Below are positions 1-39,828 of a stretch of DNA of 64,000 bases, piece after piece; within the stretch, counting starts at the first letter, position 1, and each line of letters begins with the position of its first letter. The notes under the pieces were generated by a model, which searched no databases, had not been told where the DNA came from, and was given only the letters and a program-made list of their open reading frames with translations. Position numbers and translations under genes: made by a program. The stretch comes from Octopus vulgaris (lineage: Eukaryota): NCBI GenBank assembly GCA_951406725.2, contig OX597816.1, positions 134,664,001 through 134,728,000 of the forward strand, read 5' to 3'.

Positions 1-170
1 AAGAACATCTGAGGTCTCAACGGTGCCGAGCAGAAACTGATAGCGGCCGGTCAGGCCCTTGTATTTATTTATTTTTCTCTCCTCTACGTTGCGGGCAGCA
101 AGGTTGACGCAGGAGATCTATAATACTTCAGATATGTATGATTAATATTGGTTTCTAAGTTTAAAAAATC

Positions 171-525
171 GGCGTGGCTGTGTGGTAAGAAGCTTGCTTC
201 CCAACCACATGGTTCAGTCCCACTGCGTGGCACCTTGGACAAGTGTTTTTCTACTATATCCTCGGGCCGACCAAAGCCTTGTGAGTGGATTTGGTAGACG
301 GAAACTGAAAGTAGCCCGTAGTATATATGTATGTACCCCTCGCTATCGCTAGACAACCAATGCTGGTTTGTTTATGCTCCCGTAACTTAGCGGATTGGCA
401 TAAAAGACTGTTAGAATAAGTATGAGGTTTACAAAGAATAAGTCCTGGGGTCCATTTCTTTGACTAAAGTCCTTTAAGGTGGTGCTCCAGAATGGCCGCA
501 GTGAACTGACTGAAACAAAAGAATA
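171..525 (+). mobile_element. tRNA-derived SINE, family A. Other copies near 661-1000, 1280-1430(-), 3125-3265(-), 8870-9240, 19550-19690, 31350-31700
   Basis: Recurrent GGCGTGGCTGTGTGGTAAGAAG...GGTTCAGTCCC (A/B-box-like) and CACCTTGGGCAAGTG core; central TA microsatellite. Confidence 0.8.
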
Positions 526-2097
526 AAAGAACAGTTGTTTTGTTAGTATAGTAGTGACTCTACTGTTAGATACTTTTTGTTTCTGTATAGGTGTCGAAGC
601 AAAAAAAAAAAATCCCTTCATATAGCTAAAAAATAAAGTCTTATAAGTCTAATAGATGCAAGCGTGGCTGTGTGTAGTAAGAAGCTTCCTTCCCAACAAC
701 ATGGTTCTGGATTCTGTCCCACTTTGTAGCACCTTGGACACTTCAGGCTAACCGAAACCTAAAGAGTGGATTTGGTAGATAGAAACTGAAAGAAGCCCAT
801 CGTATACCTGTCTGTCTTTGTGTCTGTGTTTGTCCCCCACTACCACTTGACAACTTGTCCCTAATCCTAGCGGTTCAGCAAAGGATATGGATAGAATAAG
901 TACCAAGTATAACAAAAAAGTAAGTACTGGGATCGATTCATTGGACTGAAAATTCAAAGTAGCATGACCTCAGTCTAATGACTGAAACAAGTAAAAGATA
1001 AAACTATAAACAGGTCTCAGTCTTGTTAAATATATACTTTCAGCATCATTGTTATTGTTTTATCGTCCATCTTTTCATGCTTGCATGGGTCTGATGAAGT
1101 TTATTGAGGGAGATTTTCTATGGCAAGATGCCCTTCCTGTTGCCAACCCTCACCTGTCTCCAAGTGAGGTAATTTTTTCCCTGTGGTCAGACATGTTTGC
1201 ACAGGATATTGAAAATGAGTGACACTCAAAAAATAAGTTATGTGATATCAAGACAGGGATACAAGTATACACTCACTCACATACACCCATGTCCATCAAC
1301 CAGATCCATTTACAAGGCTTTGCTTATCCCATGGTTATAGTAGAAAACACTTTCCAAAGTGGCATTTGATGGGACTGAATCTAAAACCATGTGGTTTAGA
1401 AGCAAGCTTCTTACCCACACAGTCATGTCTGTGCCTTAATATATTTAATATACATCTTTTAAATGATGATCATGTTAATGTACTTCTGGTTTTTGTTTCT
1501 ATCTTTTGAATTTATGAGGAAAACGTGATGTACTTGTTGACCCTAGTGAGAGTTTTAAATATCTTCTCTGATGTTGAATGTAATTAAATGTTTTTTGTTT
1601 TGTTTAGCCTCTGGCTTTTTATACAGGGCAGAAAAAAAGGAATAATTTTCTCATAGTGTAGTATAAATTATTTAACCTAACAGGCCTAGAAGACGATATA
1701 ATGAGACCAGTTTAGAAGAAAAAATGAAAACAAAACATTGTTATTGTGGTTGTTAGTTAAAAAATAGAACTGAATATGTCTTATTAAAACAAAACAAAAA
1801 AAAATTTTTTAATCATCAGTTGGTGACAAAATACCTAAACCACAATTACAATCAATTTTTCTTCTTAAAAACTATTGAATAAATTTCTTAATTTTATTAA
1901 AGAAAAAGTGAATAAAATATTCTTGTAGCACTACTGTACATCATGAATATACATGATTTACTTTTGTTATCCAATGTTTTAGTTCTTTTTACTGGAATTA
2001 AAAAACAGTTTCTTGATCACATACATTTTAATGTAAGACACACAGCCTGCATTCATGACTAGAAAATAGAATAAAATAAAAATTTAACATGATGCTG

Positions 2098-2175
2098 GAT
2101 TATTGATCTAATGTACACCAGTTTAAGATTATTGATCTAATGTACACCAGTTTAAGATTATTGATCTAATGTATC
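2098..2175. repeat. Tandem repeat, 29-bp unit x ~2.6
   Basis: GATTATTGATCTAATGTACACCAGTTTAA repeated. Confidence 0.9.
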
Positions 2176-4629
2176 CATTTTTTTAAGGATGTAGGATGGA
2201 TGTATTGTAAACGAATATGAGAAACAAATGTTTTGTTATTTAACATTACTGAACATTATTAATAAGTAATGATATTTTTATACTAACCTTTTCTTCAGGG
2301 AAGGGTATTGTCCATGATCTTTTGGACAAAACAATAATTAAAAAGTTAGAATATCATATGCCTTAAATAAAGTGGTAAGTTGGCAGAATTGTTTGCACAC
2401 TGGGCAAAATGCTTAGTGGAATTTCGTCTGCCCACCGAGGTCTACTTTACCTTTCATTTCAAGGTCGATAAAATAAATACCAGTTGAGCAATGGGATTGA
2501 TGCAAATGATTTACACCCTCCCCTGAAATTGCTGAACATGTGCTAAAATTTGAAACCCATGCCATAGGCCTTAATTAGATCACCATATTTGCCTTTGTAT
2601 AATGCACAATAGAGGAATTGTTTTTAATATAAAAAATGTGTCCATATGTAATGTGTGATTTTGCTACAAGTGTTTCTCATTGAAATGCCATTGAAGTGTT
2701 TATCATTGTTTTTTGTTTTAATATCATCACATTAATCCACGGTTTTATTTTAGTCTTTGAATCACAATTGCTTTCCACCAGCTGTTCACTCGTATTTTCA
2801 TCATCATCATCAGCGATTTCTTAACATTTTTGTTAACTTTGAACTATCAGATTAAAATTGATGTCCTCATGCTGCTTTTTATCTTCATTGTTTTCACATC
2901 CATTTTTCCATGTTCATATGTTTGGACAGAATTTGAGGCGGACTGAATGCTCTTCCTGTCACCAACTCACTGTTTTCAAGTGAGGTAATATTTCCCCATT
3001 GTTAGACATGTTTTCATGGAAAATTGGAAATAGACACTTGACTGACGGTGACACTTGTTTACAATAATCACTCAACATCAAGACAAGGAGTCCCAAACTC
3101 ACACACATATACATATGTGTGACAAGTTTCTTTTGATGTCAATTGAATCCACTCACAAAGCTTTGGTTTGCTTGCAGCTATAGTAGAAGACACTTGCCCT
3201 AGGTGTCATGTGGGACTAAACTTGGAATCAAGTGGTTGGGAAGCAAGCTTCTAAATAAGTCATGTCTGTGCTTTCTTTATCCACAATAAAATTTCTTACA
3301 TTGAAGGCTTTACTACCTGAGGCAGTAAAGTTATGATTGTGATTTTATACATTCAAAATATACTGTTTTCAACTTTTTATTTAAAGGATTTATTGATATA
3401 GATGTCCAGTGGCTGTAAAATGCATGTGAACTAACAAGGAATGACAAGTATATTATGGCTCTTGTAACTTTCCATCCATATTGCTGAGGATCCTTTCATT
3501 GAACATTATGCGCAAATTTACTCTCTTCAGGCAGCATTTTCTTTGAATATTACAAAATATTACTACTGTCAGCTATAGCAAGAAATTACTGTACAACACT
3601 TGGTTTTTCTTTTGCAAACCAATGATAACATTGTTGAAATTGAATATGTGCTTTTTCAAAGCCTTTAGGCATATATTGATCAATGAATCTGCAACATGTA
3701 CTAGTAGAATGACAATTTATAAAATGTGTAAGCCAATTATGACTTGCCTTCATATAAGAATTAAGAATCACAGTTTGCTTTAGTTTCAGAGCTTGACAAC
3801 ATATTTTATTTGAAACACTATAATAACATTCTCTCAGATAATGAAAATGTTTTCATTCTCTTCTATCAAACAAATACCAGCAATTTTTTTCCCTTCTAAA
3901 TGCTCTTCAATTTCTTGATGCAGTGCTTAATTTTTCTTGCAAAATTTGCTTGACTGCGTCATAATTTCCTTCAGCTATTTTTGCTATTTGAAGTTTTTTT
4001 CTAGTTTAAGAGTGACAATGCTTTGAAGCATTCATATCGAAGATTATGATGTAACCTGCGTGCAGGAAGTTACATATAAATTAAAGAGAAAAACAAGTTC
4101 ATGATGTGATTTTTGTATTTTCAAACTGAATAAATTTTAAAAGGCACAGTATGATCACAATAGCTGCCAGCCTACTGACTGTGCTAACACTCCATGTTTG
4201 AAAGATGAGGTGTAAAGATTGTGGAAGGTCCATTAATGATGTCCCTACTGTGCACCATGTCTTGGTGCACAGCAGGGGTATATCTTGGTCACAAAGAGCG
4301 ATTCATCATCATCAAAAACTCAGGAAGGCGTCAAAATAGATACTAAAAGCAAAATTAATGAAACTAGATCGAAAAGTTATAAAAGGTTGTGGTAGGTCAA
4401 AAACAGCATACTAGTTCAGTATAGCTGAATCAAATGACCCTGCTCTTTACTAAGGAAATAGATTTGTTAATGTGTAATTCGAACTTCTTCCCGATAACAT
4501 GAAATTTGCCCATTTCCCATTGAATAACTTTAAAAATCAGCTATTGCTTCATATGTTGTCTTCGGGAGTGTTTAGGTTACCTCCCTTCATTACATGTGTA
4601 TTTGAGTATGTGTTTGTGGGGATATTGGT

Positions 4630-5070
4630 AAATTACACTGTGTAACACGATTTTTGTCTTGGGTAGCAACTGTTATTTCCCATTTGCTTATCTGTAGAAA
4701 GTATGATAAATGACTAATATTTCCTGCTAACTTTGCTTTTGTTACATTTATTGAAATCTTAAAGAATCCCTCTCAACACATAGCTATGATGTTCCCCTGC
4801 TACTCCTGCTCATGATAGCCACTAAGGAACTTGCTCAAGTGGTTAAGGTCAAGTGGTATTGAGCAGAATATTTATATAATATTTCTACTTCAGCAGTTCA
4901 GTGCAGAATCTATCTGAAATGCAATGGAAGCTATGTCAGTTTCAAAACATTGATGTACAGGTCACAGAAGCAAAGTTTGAAGGGAATAGTTGTAATTTCC
5001 TTCAATTTCTAGATAAAAACAAATAGGAAATAACACTTACTGACCAAAGACTAAAATAAATAATTTTATG
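4630..5070. repeat. Interspersed repeat, second copy at ~29720-30110; core shared with 63465-63612
   Basis: Shared AATTACACTGT..AACACGATTTT and AAGAATCCCTCT..GCTATGATG..GTGGTATTGAGCAGAATATT blocks. Confidence 0.7.
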
Positions 5071-5186
5071 GTATTTTAGGATATATACTCTTTTAGAAAT
5101 TAAAAAAAAAAAATTCTTATCAATGTCTAACTTCATTTAATTTTGTTAATTTTCTCTTGCAGGTTTTTATCAGAATAGCAGACATT

Positions 5187-31862
<26,676 letters not shown>

Positions 31863-31868
<6 letters not shown>

Positions 31869-31984
31869 TTTGCTGCTGCCCTCTATACACCTTGGTAAAG
31901 TATTTAAAGTGAGATAGTTTGTTTCATTACTGAATGAAACATCTTCAATAATCTTTTACCAAGGTGTGGGCAGCAGCATTGACC
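31863..31984 (+). promoter_or_regulatory. Long stem-loop immediately 3' of the Sec codon (candidate Sec redefinition element)
   Basis: Stems: GGTTAA/TTGACC, TGCTGCTGCCC/GGGCAGCAGCA, ACACCTTGGTAAA/TTTACCAAGGTGT, TGTTTCATT/AATGAAACA. Structure is read from the sequence; function is inferred. Confidence 0.6.
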
Positions 31985-32020
31985 AAAACAGTGTGGTGCT
32001 AAATTGGTTACTTGCATTTG

Positions 32021-32099
32021 TAATATGCTTCTATGACGATTATGTTTTTGAAATCCTTCATTTGAGGAAGAAACTGATCTGATCCTGTAACCAGTATTG
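32021..32099 (+). promoter_or_regulatory. SECIS element (type II) in the TGR 3' UTR
   Basis: ATGAC (32033) and TGAT (32080) form the kink-turn core. Helix II is GATTA-t-GTTTTT / AGAAAC-TGATC. Unpaired AAA at 32051-53, apical mini-stem TCC..TCA / TGA.GGA, helix I TAATA / TATTG. Confidence 0.92.
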
Positions 32100-32759
32100 T
32101 GCCATATCTTAGAAATTCTGTCAACAAAATATTCATCTATATGTATCAAAAACTTTAGTACAACTTTTGCAAATTTGAATTCACTATATTAGTGGGGTGT
32201 TGGGAAAGGGCTAAGGCTATATATTAGACTAAAATACATTACTGTCCCTTTTGGTTTTTCCTTCTCAGTTTTGTTGGTTGGTGTTTTCATCTGATACTTG
32301 GTAAAATAAATACCAGTATCTTATCAAGTGAAATCATTGCATTAAACCACTATTCTCCTGACGAAATTGGCCTTGTGCCTATTAAAGAAATTATTTAAAA
32401 ATGTTTTCCTACTAAGGCCGTGAGCTGGCAGAAATGTTAGCATACCGGGCAGAATGCTTAGCGGTATTTTGTCTGTCTTTGCTCTTTGTTCAAATTCTGC
32501 CAAGGTCATCTTTGCCTTTCATTCTTTCAGGGTCGATAAATTAAGTACCAGTTACATACTGGAGTTGATCTAATCGACTGGCCCCTTCCCCCAAAATTTC
32601 AGGCCTTGTGCCTAGAGTAGAAAAAAAACAATGTTTTACTACTGTATTTTTTTCAATAATTATAGAACCAAGGGCAGTCATAGGTTAATGTGTTATAGAG
32701 AAAAAGATATACTTGAATATTTTAATGACAGGATTTCTTGAAACATTGAATATTAATAC

Positions 32760-32931
32760 AATAAAAGAATTTTATTTTAAGAATACACTTTTTCTAAAAA
32801 TTCAAAGTGGAATCAAATCAGTTAGAAATTCCTTGATCACATGTTGGCTTATAGTTTTGTGCCTTCTGATTATATTATTGATGCTGATTTAATTACGGGT
32901 TCTTATTCTGTATTTGGTGGAAATCAATAAA
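32760..32931 (+). terminator. Candidate polyadenylation signals of TGR (AATAAA at 32760 and 32926)
   Basis: Hexamers downstream of the SECIS followed by T/GT-rich sequence; weak evidence in AT-rich DNA. Confidence 0.35.
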
Positions 32932-33319
32932 GGAAAAAAAAATATATATCACTATCATTATTGTTACTGGTTGTTTGCTAAGGTAATTTTATTAATTATC
33001 TAATGAAGTAGGTTAGTATTTAAAAAATATTTTTACACTCATTATTTCATGGTAGATGTTTGTGACAGTATAAACAGTATAATGATGTGACTAAATCTTC
33101 TCTTGTCTGTCTTGAAATCCCGTTAGGGCTGGTTTTATTTTTTCTCATTCTAGTACCAATAAAATACTAGGTATGTACTGATGGGAGTTGGATTTGATTG
33201 ACTTATATATACCTTCTTCAGTACAAATTTGACTTTGTGCCAGTTAAGAATGCATTTATTTTATCAACACCAGTGAAATGAAAGGCAGAACTGATGCTGG
33301 TGGATTAGAAGAAAAAATG

Positions 33320-36110
33320 TTATTGGCTACAAGGGCTCCAAAAAACATTTAAGACAATATAAAGACAAAGAGCAGTGGGAATTTACATAAATATGTATAA
33401 ACAATAAAAGCAGCAACAGTTAAGAAAATTATAACAATTTCCCCAATGGGTGGGTGGGAAACAATCTGAGGCAACCCCTATACATCCTGACTGAACTTAC
33501 TCACCAGGAGTACCCTGGCAAGTGTCCTTCTTCGCCATACTTCTCATCCTACAGGCACACGTTTAAAGTAAGGGTTAGGTTCGATTATTCTTGCAACATT
33601 CACCCACCTTTCAACAAATTTAAGGGCAACACCTTTCTCTCAACGATTATTTTCAAAGTGGAACCTGAAAAAATCGATGTAGATTTAATTGAAAAGGAAA
33701 GCTCTATCTTCAATCTTTTCAACCTCATTCATCACAACCACTAAACAGAAGAAAATTGCCTGTCCTTCCCAACCAAAGGAAGGCGATGTACCTGTCTTTA
33801 CGATGGATTCGGTCGATAGCCGGATCCATCCTACACGTGAAAGCAGCTGTTTGACATAATCTACAAGTCAGTAATGCTCGATTACTGTACTGGCGTGTGC
33901 ATGATTGTTTCGTCCTTCAGTGCACAGTTGACGACACTACCATATTTGCAAAGTTTATCCCTGACCTGCAATGCCTCTCGGTAACACTGCTGGGTGAGGG
34001 ATTTCTGGAAATTATCCATGGGTTCCGGCCGGAAAATCCTCAGGAAAAGACCTGTTAATTGACTTTCATCGACGCTGTTTCTCCGAGGGCATCTCACTCT
34101 TACCACTAATCCTGTATACAACATCATGGCAGAAGATCCACCCTTTGCTTTTCTGACTAGCTAAGGGCTGTGAGCGCCTGACAGTACTCAAAGTACCATG
34201 CATCTTGCTTCGGTCTACCCTTGATCCAGGATTGCAACTCTATCAGAGGAACGGCTCCGTCCGTCCAGCGCCTTAAGACGATGTTGGATGATATGGACCT
34301 CTCCGGGTGCCTAGCCACAGACCCAACAACTTCAGGTTAATTTTCGCTCTTGTCACTGATAGAAGTAACAGAATTGTGCCGATCACCTCAATGTGTCTGG
34401 TGTCTAACGCTATTTCGATGACGTCTGCGTATGCAAATACAGGTCTTCCTCCTAGTTGCTGCGGGTTTTCGCTCAAAACTTTCAGCTTCTGCAATAGTGG
34501 CTCTAGAGTCAGTTTGTACAGAAGTTACGAAAGTAAACACCCTTGACGGACTGCACGCTTGATATGAACAGTTCCGACAAGTGGCCATTTACTCTGACCA
34601 CTAAGCAAATGTCCGCCAACTATTGCTGGTCGATCCTATCGTAAACTTTCAACTGATCTAAATTGATCAGAACTCCACTCATGGTAGGTTCTTTACCCAC
34701 CCTTTCTATGGTGTATCTCGCGAGATGGATGTCGCAGATAGATCTACTTGGTATGCCACAAGTCAGTTTCACCTGCCAGAGTGACGATGGCAACCGTCAA
34801 CTTAGCTATCATCTTAACCAAAATCTTCAGCTCTGCATTTAACACGGTTAATGGGGACTGGAAGTAGTTAGAATATCCCCCCCCCCCCGTTCAGGGTCTT
34901 AGCAGTACCACTTCATTTTTTACAGGACTGGGAATTCTCCCATTCCATTGTCAGTTATCGAGAGGTGCCCGAGCAAGTCTGGCATATGAAGGTAAAGCAC
35001 GTAGAGCAGACCGTCTAGCCCCGACAACTTCTCCCTCCTCCATCGCTTTCCGTATTTCGTTAGCTGTTATCGACCTTTTGCAGAACTCTATATCCCCGGT
35101 CGAGAGCTGCGGTAGGCTGTTAAGATAGACTGTAAGATCCAATCCTGCTTCCGCTCCATCTCCAAATAGCTGAGCGAATTACCATTGAAAAGCCATACAC
35201 ATCTGCTTGGAATCGAGTCGTATGTGTTCTTTCCGATTGTCAAAGACCGAATTGTGGCTTTGTTTCCACGTTTTACTGTTGTAGTTCAGGTCCCTCGAAT
35301 GGCTTTCATTCTTTCATGTTTTAGAGCGTGCATCCTAGCTCTGACAACACAATCTTCGTGCTTAGCGTTGATGAACCGGTCAAGAGCTAATTTCGATGTC
35401 AGCACGCTAGTAGCAATTCCTTTTCTAGGCTATTAACTAGCTTTCTCTCTACCCTAGAATTCTCTGTCACTATTTCTTTACTGAACCTAATAGATTTTTT
35501 TACCATTTTCAGGGTTTACCACCATTGGTTGTTGACGACTACCCCTGTCAACCGCCTCTTAACTAGTTCTTTAATCAACTCTCTGTAAACTAGGCGCACG
35601 AGTAAAGATACGTTCATCTTCCTGTAACCAGGTTTCCGTCTATACAGCCTTTTTAGGTCGACTGAACAGATCACAAACTTGTGGTCTGTGTAGCCGACAA
35701 TTGAATTGTTGACAATCTCTGCTATTCCTATCCAGTATACATTATATAGATTCGATTTGAATAACACAATACTGTGAACCCATGTCTACATTGGCGCAAC
35801 TGGAACATTCATTCGGTACCTGTTAGTCAGTGAGAAAAGAGTGCAGGTTTGTGAAGCTTTTACACCCTTCTATCAGCTAACCCCACACAGTCCAGACGTA
35901 CATTCAGGATGGTGTCCCAATCGCCCACGAGCGATAAAGTGCAGGACTTTCTCTGGGAGCGAAGAAATTCAGCCACCTTGCTCCGGCAGGTGACAAGTCT
36001 AAAGGTACCACCTTCGATACTGTTCGGGTCCTTTACAAAACAGCACCACCATCGCGTCCCCAACTATTCCGGGCTGAGCAAGAGATGCAAAGATTTCAAA
36101 ATCGCCAAAA
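33320..36110 (-). mobile_element. Degraded L1/Tx1-like LINE (endonuclease + RT pseudogene)
   Basis: Frameshifted peptides LVGDWDTIL, VGYTDHKFV, LPQLS..SITANEIRKAM, AYADVI, LLGLWLG. Confidence 0.8.
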
Positions 36111-37200
36111 ATAGGTGCTAAGGCACGTATGTCGGAAATTCTGGTCTTACCTTTGTGGGATAGAAAACTGAGTGTGTTAGTGAGGACTATCTGCCAATAA
36201 GTTACGTGACCTTCAGGAATTTCTAATGTGACGAAAATGTTCCAAATGTAGAAACAATATTCCATTGAGGGCTTCACGAGCTTTGTAGCGAGGAAATATT
36301 TTTAGTTCTGAGGAGGTGAGTTAGCCTCTGGGATTCGGTTTTTGTTATTAGGAAACGAGCGATTTTGATGGTTTTATTTGTGTATTGTCCAAGATTAGAG
36401 ACATTGGATTTAAAAAAAGATGCTACCTTGATTGTGCAGTGGCTGTTACTGCGCTGTTGAAGAAGGTATGTCATGTCCTTGTTGGAGAATGCTTTGAAGG
36501 TCTTTGTTTAGTGAGGAAATGCAGGTTTCTCATGCGACGTTTAGGTTGTGTACGGATGACACATCTATGGAAATGTATAATCTGCATTAGAATGAGTTAT
36601 TAGATGACTGTAAGCAGAATTGTTAATGACGAGTGTGAGCGACATACCTCATTTCTGTGAGCCCTGGGGTACACCAGACTTGGGATTTGGCTCGGAAGGA
36701 ATCCTATTTTTGCACGCTGTGCTGATGTGATCTAGCAGGAAAGCTTTGATCCAAAAGACAAAAGACGAAAGAACTTTTAGCAGGATAGTTTCATGCCAGA
36801 TGCGGTCCAACTGTTTGCTAATGTTAAGAGTAAAGATATTATTTTCACAAAATTTCTTATGGTCGATAGACCACGGGGGCAGTGGGGAATGGAGTGATTG
36901 GCACTGCACAACCCAGACAGTTGGCCCAATGGAAATATTAGATGGTTGTTGAAGGGGAAAAGGAGCTCATGATGCTGGAGAACATTAGTTTTTTGAAATT
37001 GTTTTAAATTACCTTTCAGATAATAAAAATGGGATTGATGGATTAAAAGTTGTGAAAGAAGATGATTTGATCTTCTTGGAGATAGGACACACAGCAGGTT
37101 TCAAAGTTTAGCATAAATCCTGGAGACTGTAACACTGAAAAGTTTGGTGAATATATAGGCTAGCTCTTGCACACAGTGAGAGTACTGGAGGAGACATCAG
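36110..37200 (-). mobile_element. Degraded CR1/jockey-like LINE RT fragment
   Basis: LNISKQLDRIWHETILLK, SGVPQGS and MKPSMEYC..IW peptides. Confidence 0.7.
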
Positions 37201-38012
37201 ATCCGTTGGTTTTCGATGGTTTGAAGTGGCAGAAAGTAGGTAATTTCCTATTTTACGTTCGTAAAATTAGTTGTTTTATTCTCAGTTTCATTTCAACTTA
37301 ATAAGCATGTCTCGTGGACCTGCTACTGCTCCTCGTTTTATTGTAAATCTTAACTAAGTACTTACAAATCAGCAGATAATCATCTTTCATTGATTATAAT
37401 CAATGAAAGGCATAGAATTAAGACACTGGCTCGATCTTTGTCAGATTCAGCAACTGGTATTGCTTGGCGTGTCCGCCGTGGATTGTTAAAGAATTCTCAC
37501 ATATGTCCAGTGTGCAACGTGCACTGTGGTCTTATAAACAGAGGAGGCATTAACGACATTGAGCTTGTTCCCAAGCTGCCACCACAAGTTCATTTGGCGA
37601 ACTCATTTCAAAATAAGTCTTACATTTTTCCTTACTTTTCACTCGCTGAAATGTTTTATGCAAATAAACTTTTTTGCCGCATGTGTACGATGTCGAGTCA
37701 GTTGCAAATTAGTAGAAAATGCGGAAGCTTTCTCTTTAGGAATAGTGGATAGATGTATCCCGTTAAGTTGGTTGTTGACAAGAGACCAGAAGAATCAGCT
37801 GCAATTTGAGAGGTGGGGAAGTTTTGCATGCTGTGCAATGCACGAAGACGGCAGTTGGTAGTCTTGAATGAGTTGCAGTTGTAGATAAAAGACACTTAAT
37901 TGGTAGAAGTGGATTTTTTACTCATCAGGCGTTGTAGGTATCGTTATTAGCTTGTCCTGCTGAGATTATGAGCTTTGTTTATGTGGGAGATTTGAAGGAA
38001 TATGCCTTAGAA

Positions 38013-38812
38013 CAGCGGCTCTTAACCCGGGCGTCATGACCCTTGTGGGGTGAGAAGGTCATTTGGGGTTTCTCGGGGGGAGTGGGTCACGGAGGGTTTG
38101 GGAGAAAATAATTTATTTCATATTGCGTTGCAGCGTTCCCTCAGATGACAACTATCTTGGATTTTATGCTAGAAGTTGAATGCAGTTTCCGTAAAGAGAT
38201 AGCTCGTCTTCTGGCAATGACGCTAACTTCCTAGGATTAGATGACCGCTGTATTGATGCGTGGATCTACAGACCTTTTTCAGCGAAGGACAGTGCCATCA
38301 GTGATATTCATGTTGCTGCGAAGGTAGAATTGCTTCAAATTCGTGAGGATATTCAGTTGAAAGTCGATTTTTCTGAACAATGGATTCCGACATTTTGGGC
38401 GAAACTGAAACGATTTTTCTCTTCTTTCGATGCCTGCACGATCATGCTGATCCAGTCCCCCTCGACCTATAGCTGCGAGGCTGGATTCTCAGCAATGATG
38501 GCACTGAAAACGAAGGCATGCTTTGATTACAAAACAATATCAATCATCTCACTGAGTGAATGTATAGGTTTTGTATGATGTACAGTAGCTCCATGCGTTT
38601 TTTAGCACTTGTAGCATTTTTCAAGGTCATTTATTTATAATATTTTCAATAAATTAGGATCTTCTCAGAGAAGTTTTAACTTACCTTTGCACAAAGTTCA
38701 CCATTACAAAATTTATTATAGGAGTCACCGTTACAAAATTTATTATATGTATCACGGTAATACCCTGGAGAGTCTCAGGGGGTAAGACGACGAAAATGGT
38801 TAAAAACCATTG
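38013..38812 (+). mobile_element. Internally deleted hAT (Buster/Charlie-like) transposon
   Basis: 8-bp TSD CCTTAGAA (38005-12 and 38813-20); TIRs CAGCGGCTCTTAACC / GGTTAAAAACCATTG; dimerisation-domain remnant PSTYSCEAGFSAM. Confidence 0.88.
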
Positions 38813-39828
38813 CCTTAGAAGATGGTTTCCACCATCTGCTTAATTATCTCGGATGGGTTAAGAATGAAACACATTTGTTGTCCGACTTACCCAGCGAAAA
38901 ACTAGCGGCGTTCCAACCAGTTTGCTGTCTTGACGTACCATAAGGTCCAGGAGATAGAAGGCATCGTAGTTCCGATTAGGCAAGTGGTCGGGCGATCCGA
39001 TGAGTATGCAGATAACAGTTATGGTGTCGATAGAAACTAGGTTTGGGGATGAAATTATAACTTCAATACTAGCCTGGTTACTGCGCGGTGCCGGGTGAAA
39101 AGCCTGAATTCTTAGAAAGAGAAACACTGTGAACAGTCAATATTAAATACTGATATAATATCAAATACTGATATAATCACAAGACATGAATACCATTTGA
39201 ATCTTGAAGTGTTAGCGAAGTACGACGATATACTACATTACATTGCACACACATACACATGCCCATACACACACGCACACGTGCGCGCGTGAAGAAACAG
39301 CCACACGCATGTACGCGCACAAACGTGTAAGCTGCTGCACCTTGCAATTTCATCTGTCTGTCATTAATGAATTCAATCCAGTTAATTTTGCTGTATATAA
39401 ATATGTATAAGGTGACCAAAATGTTTGCGCGTGAAAAAATATCACGTTGGAAAACTTAATCAGAATAAAAATGATTCCAAGGATGAATATTTTAACTGAA
39501 ATACTCTCTGATGTTTCTTTTTATTCCTTGCAAGAACATTCTGTAATGAACATTTCTATCTGGTATCTTCACTCCTGTTATCCTTCTCAAAGAAGAAAAA
39601 TCTTACCTGCAGTTCTACGACTCCTCCCCCATATTATTCCTCATAGAAACTGCAACCGATTATTTTATGAATGAGGTAAAAAAATTTTAATATCTAAGAT
39701 ATACAAAATTTGATATTTTTAGTGAATTTGTAGAAGTGAAGTAAGTTAGTCTGAAGAAGGCATTGTGTCTAACTGCAAATCGAAACTGATTTCCTCATTC
39801 TACAGCACTTCTAACACTATAAATAGTT

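Noticed and set aside
1-140. Coding upstream exon for a mitochondrial targeting peptide
   Set aside because: Candidate donors at 50 and 136 give in-frame stops when joined to 5163.
171-260. tRNA gene
   Set aside because: A/B-box-like head of a multi-copy SINE; I could not fold a full cloverleaf.
2098-2175. 29-bp direct repeats as a possible CRISPR array
   Set aside because: Head-to-tail with no spacers, in a eukaryotic context.
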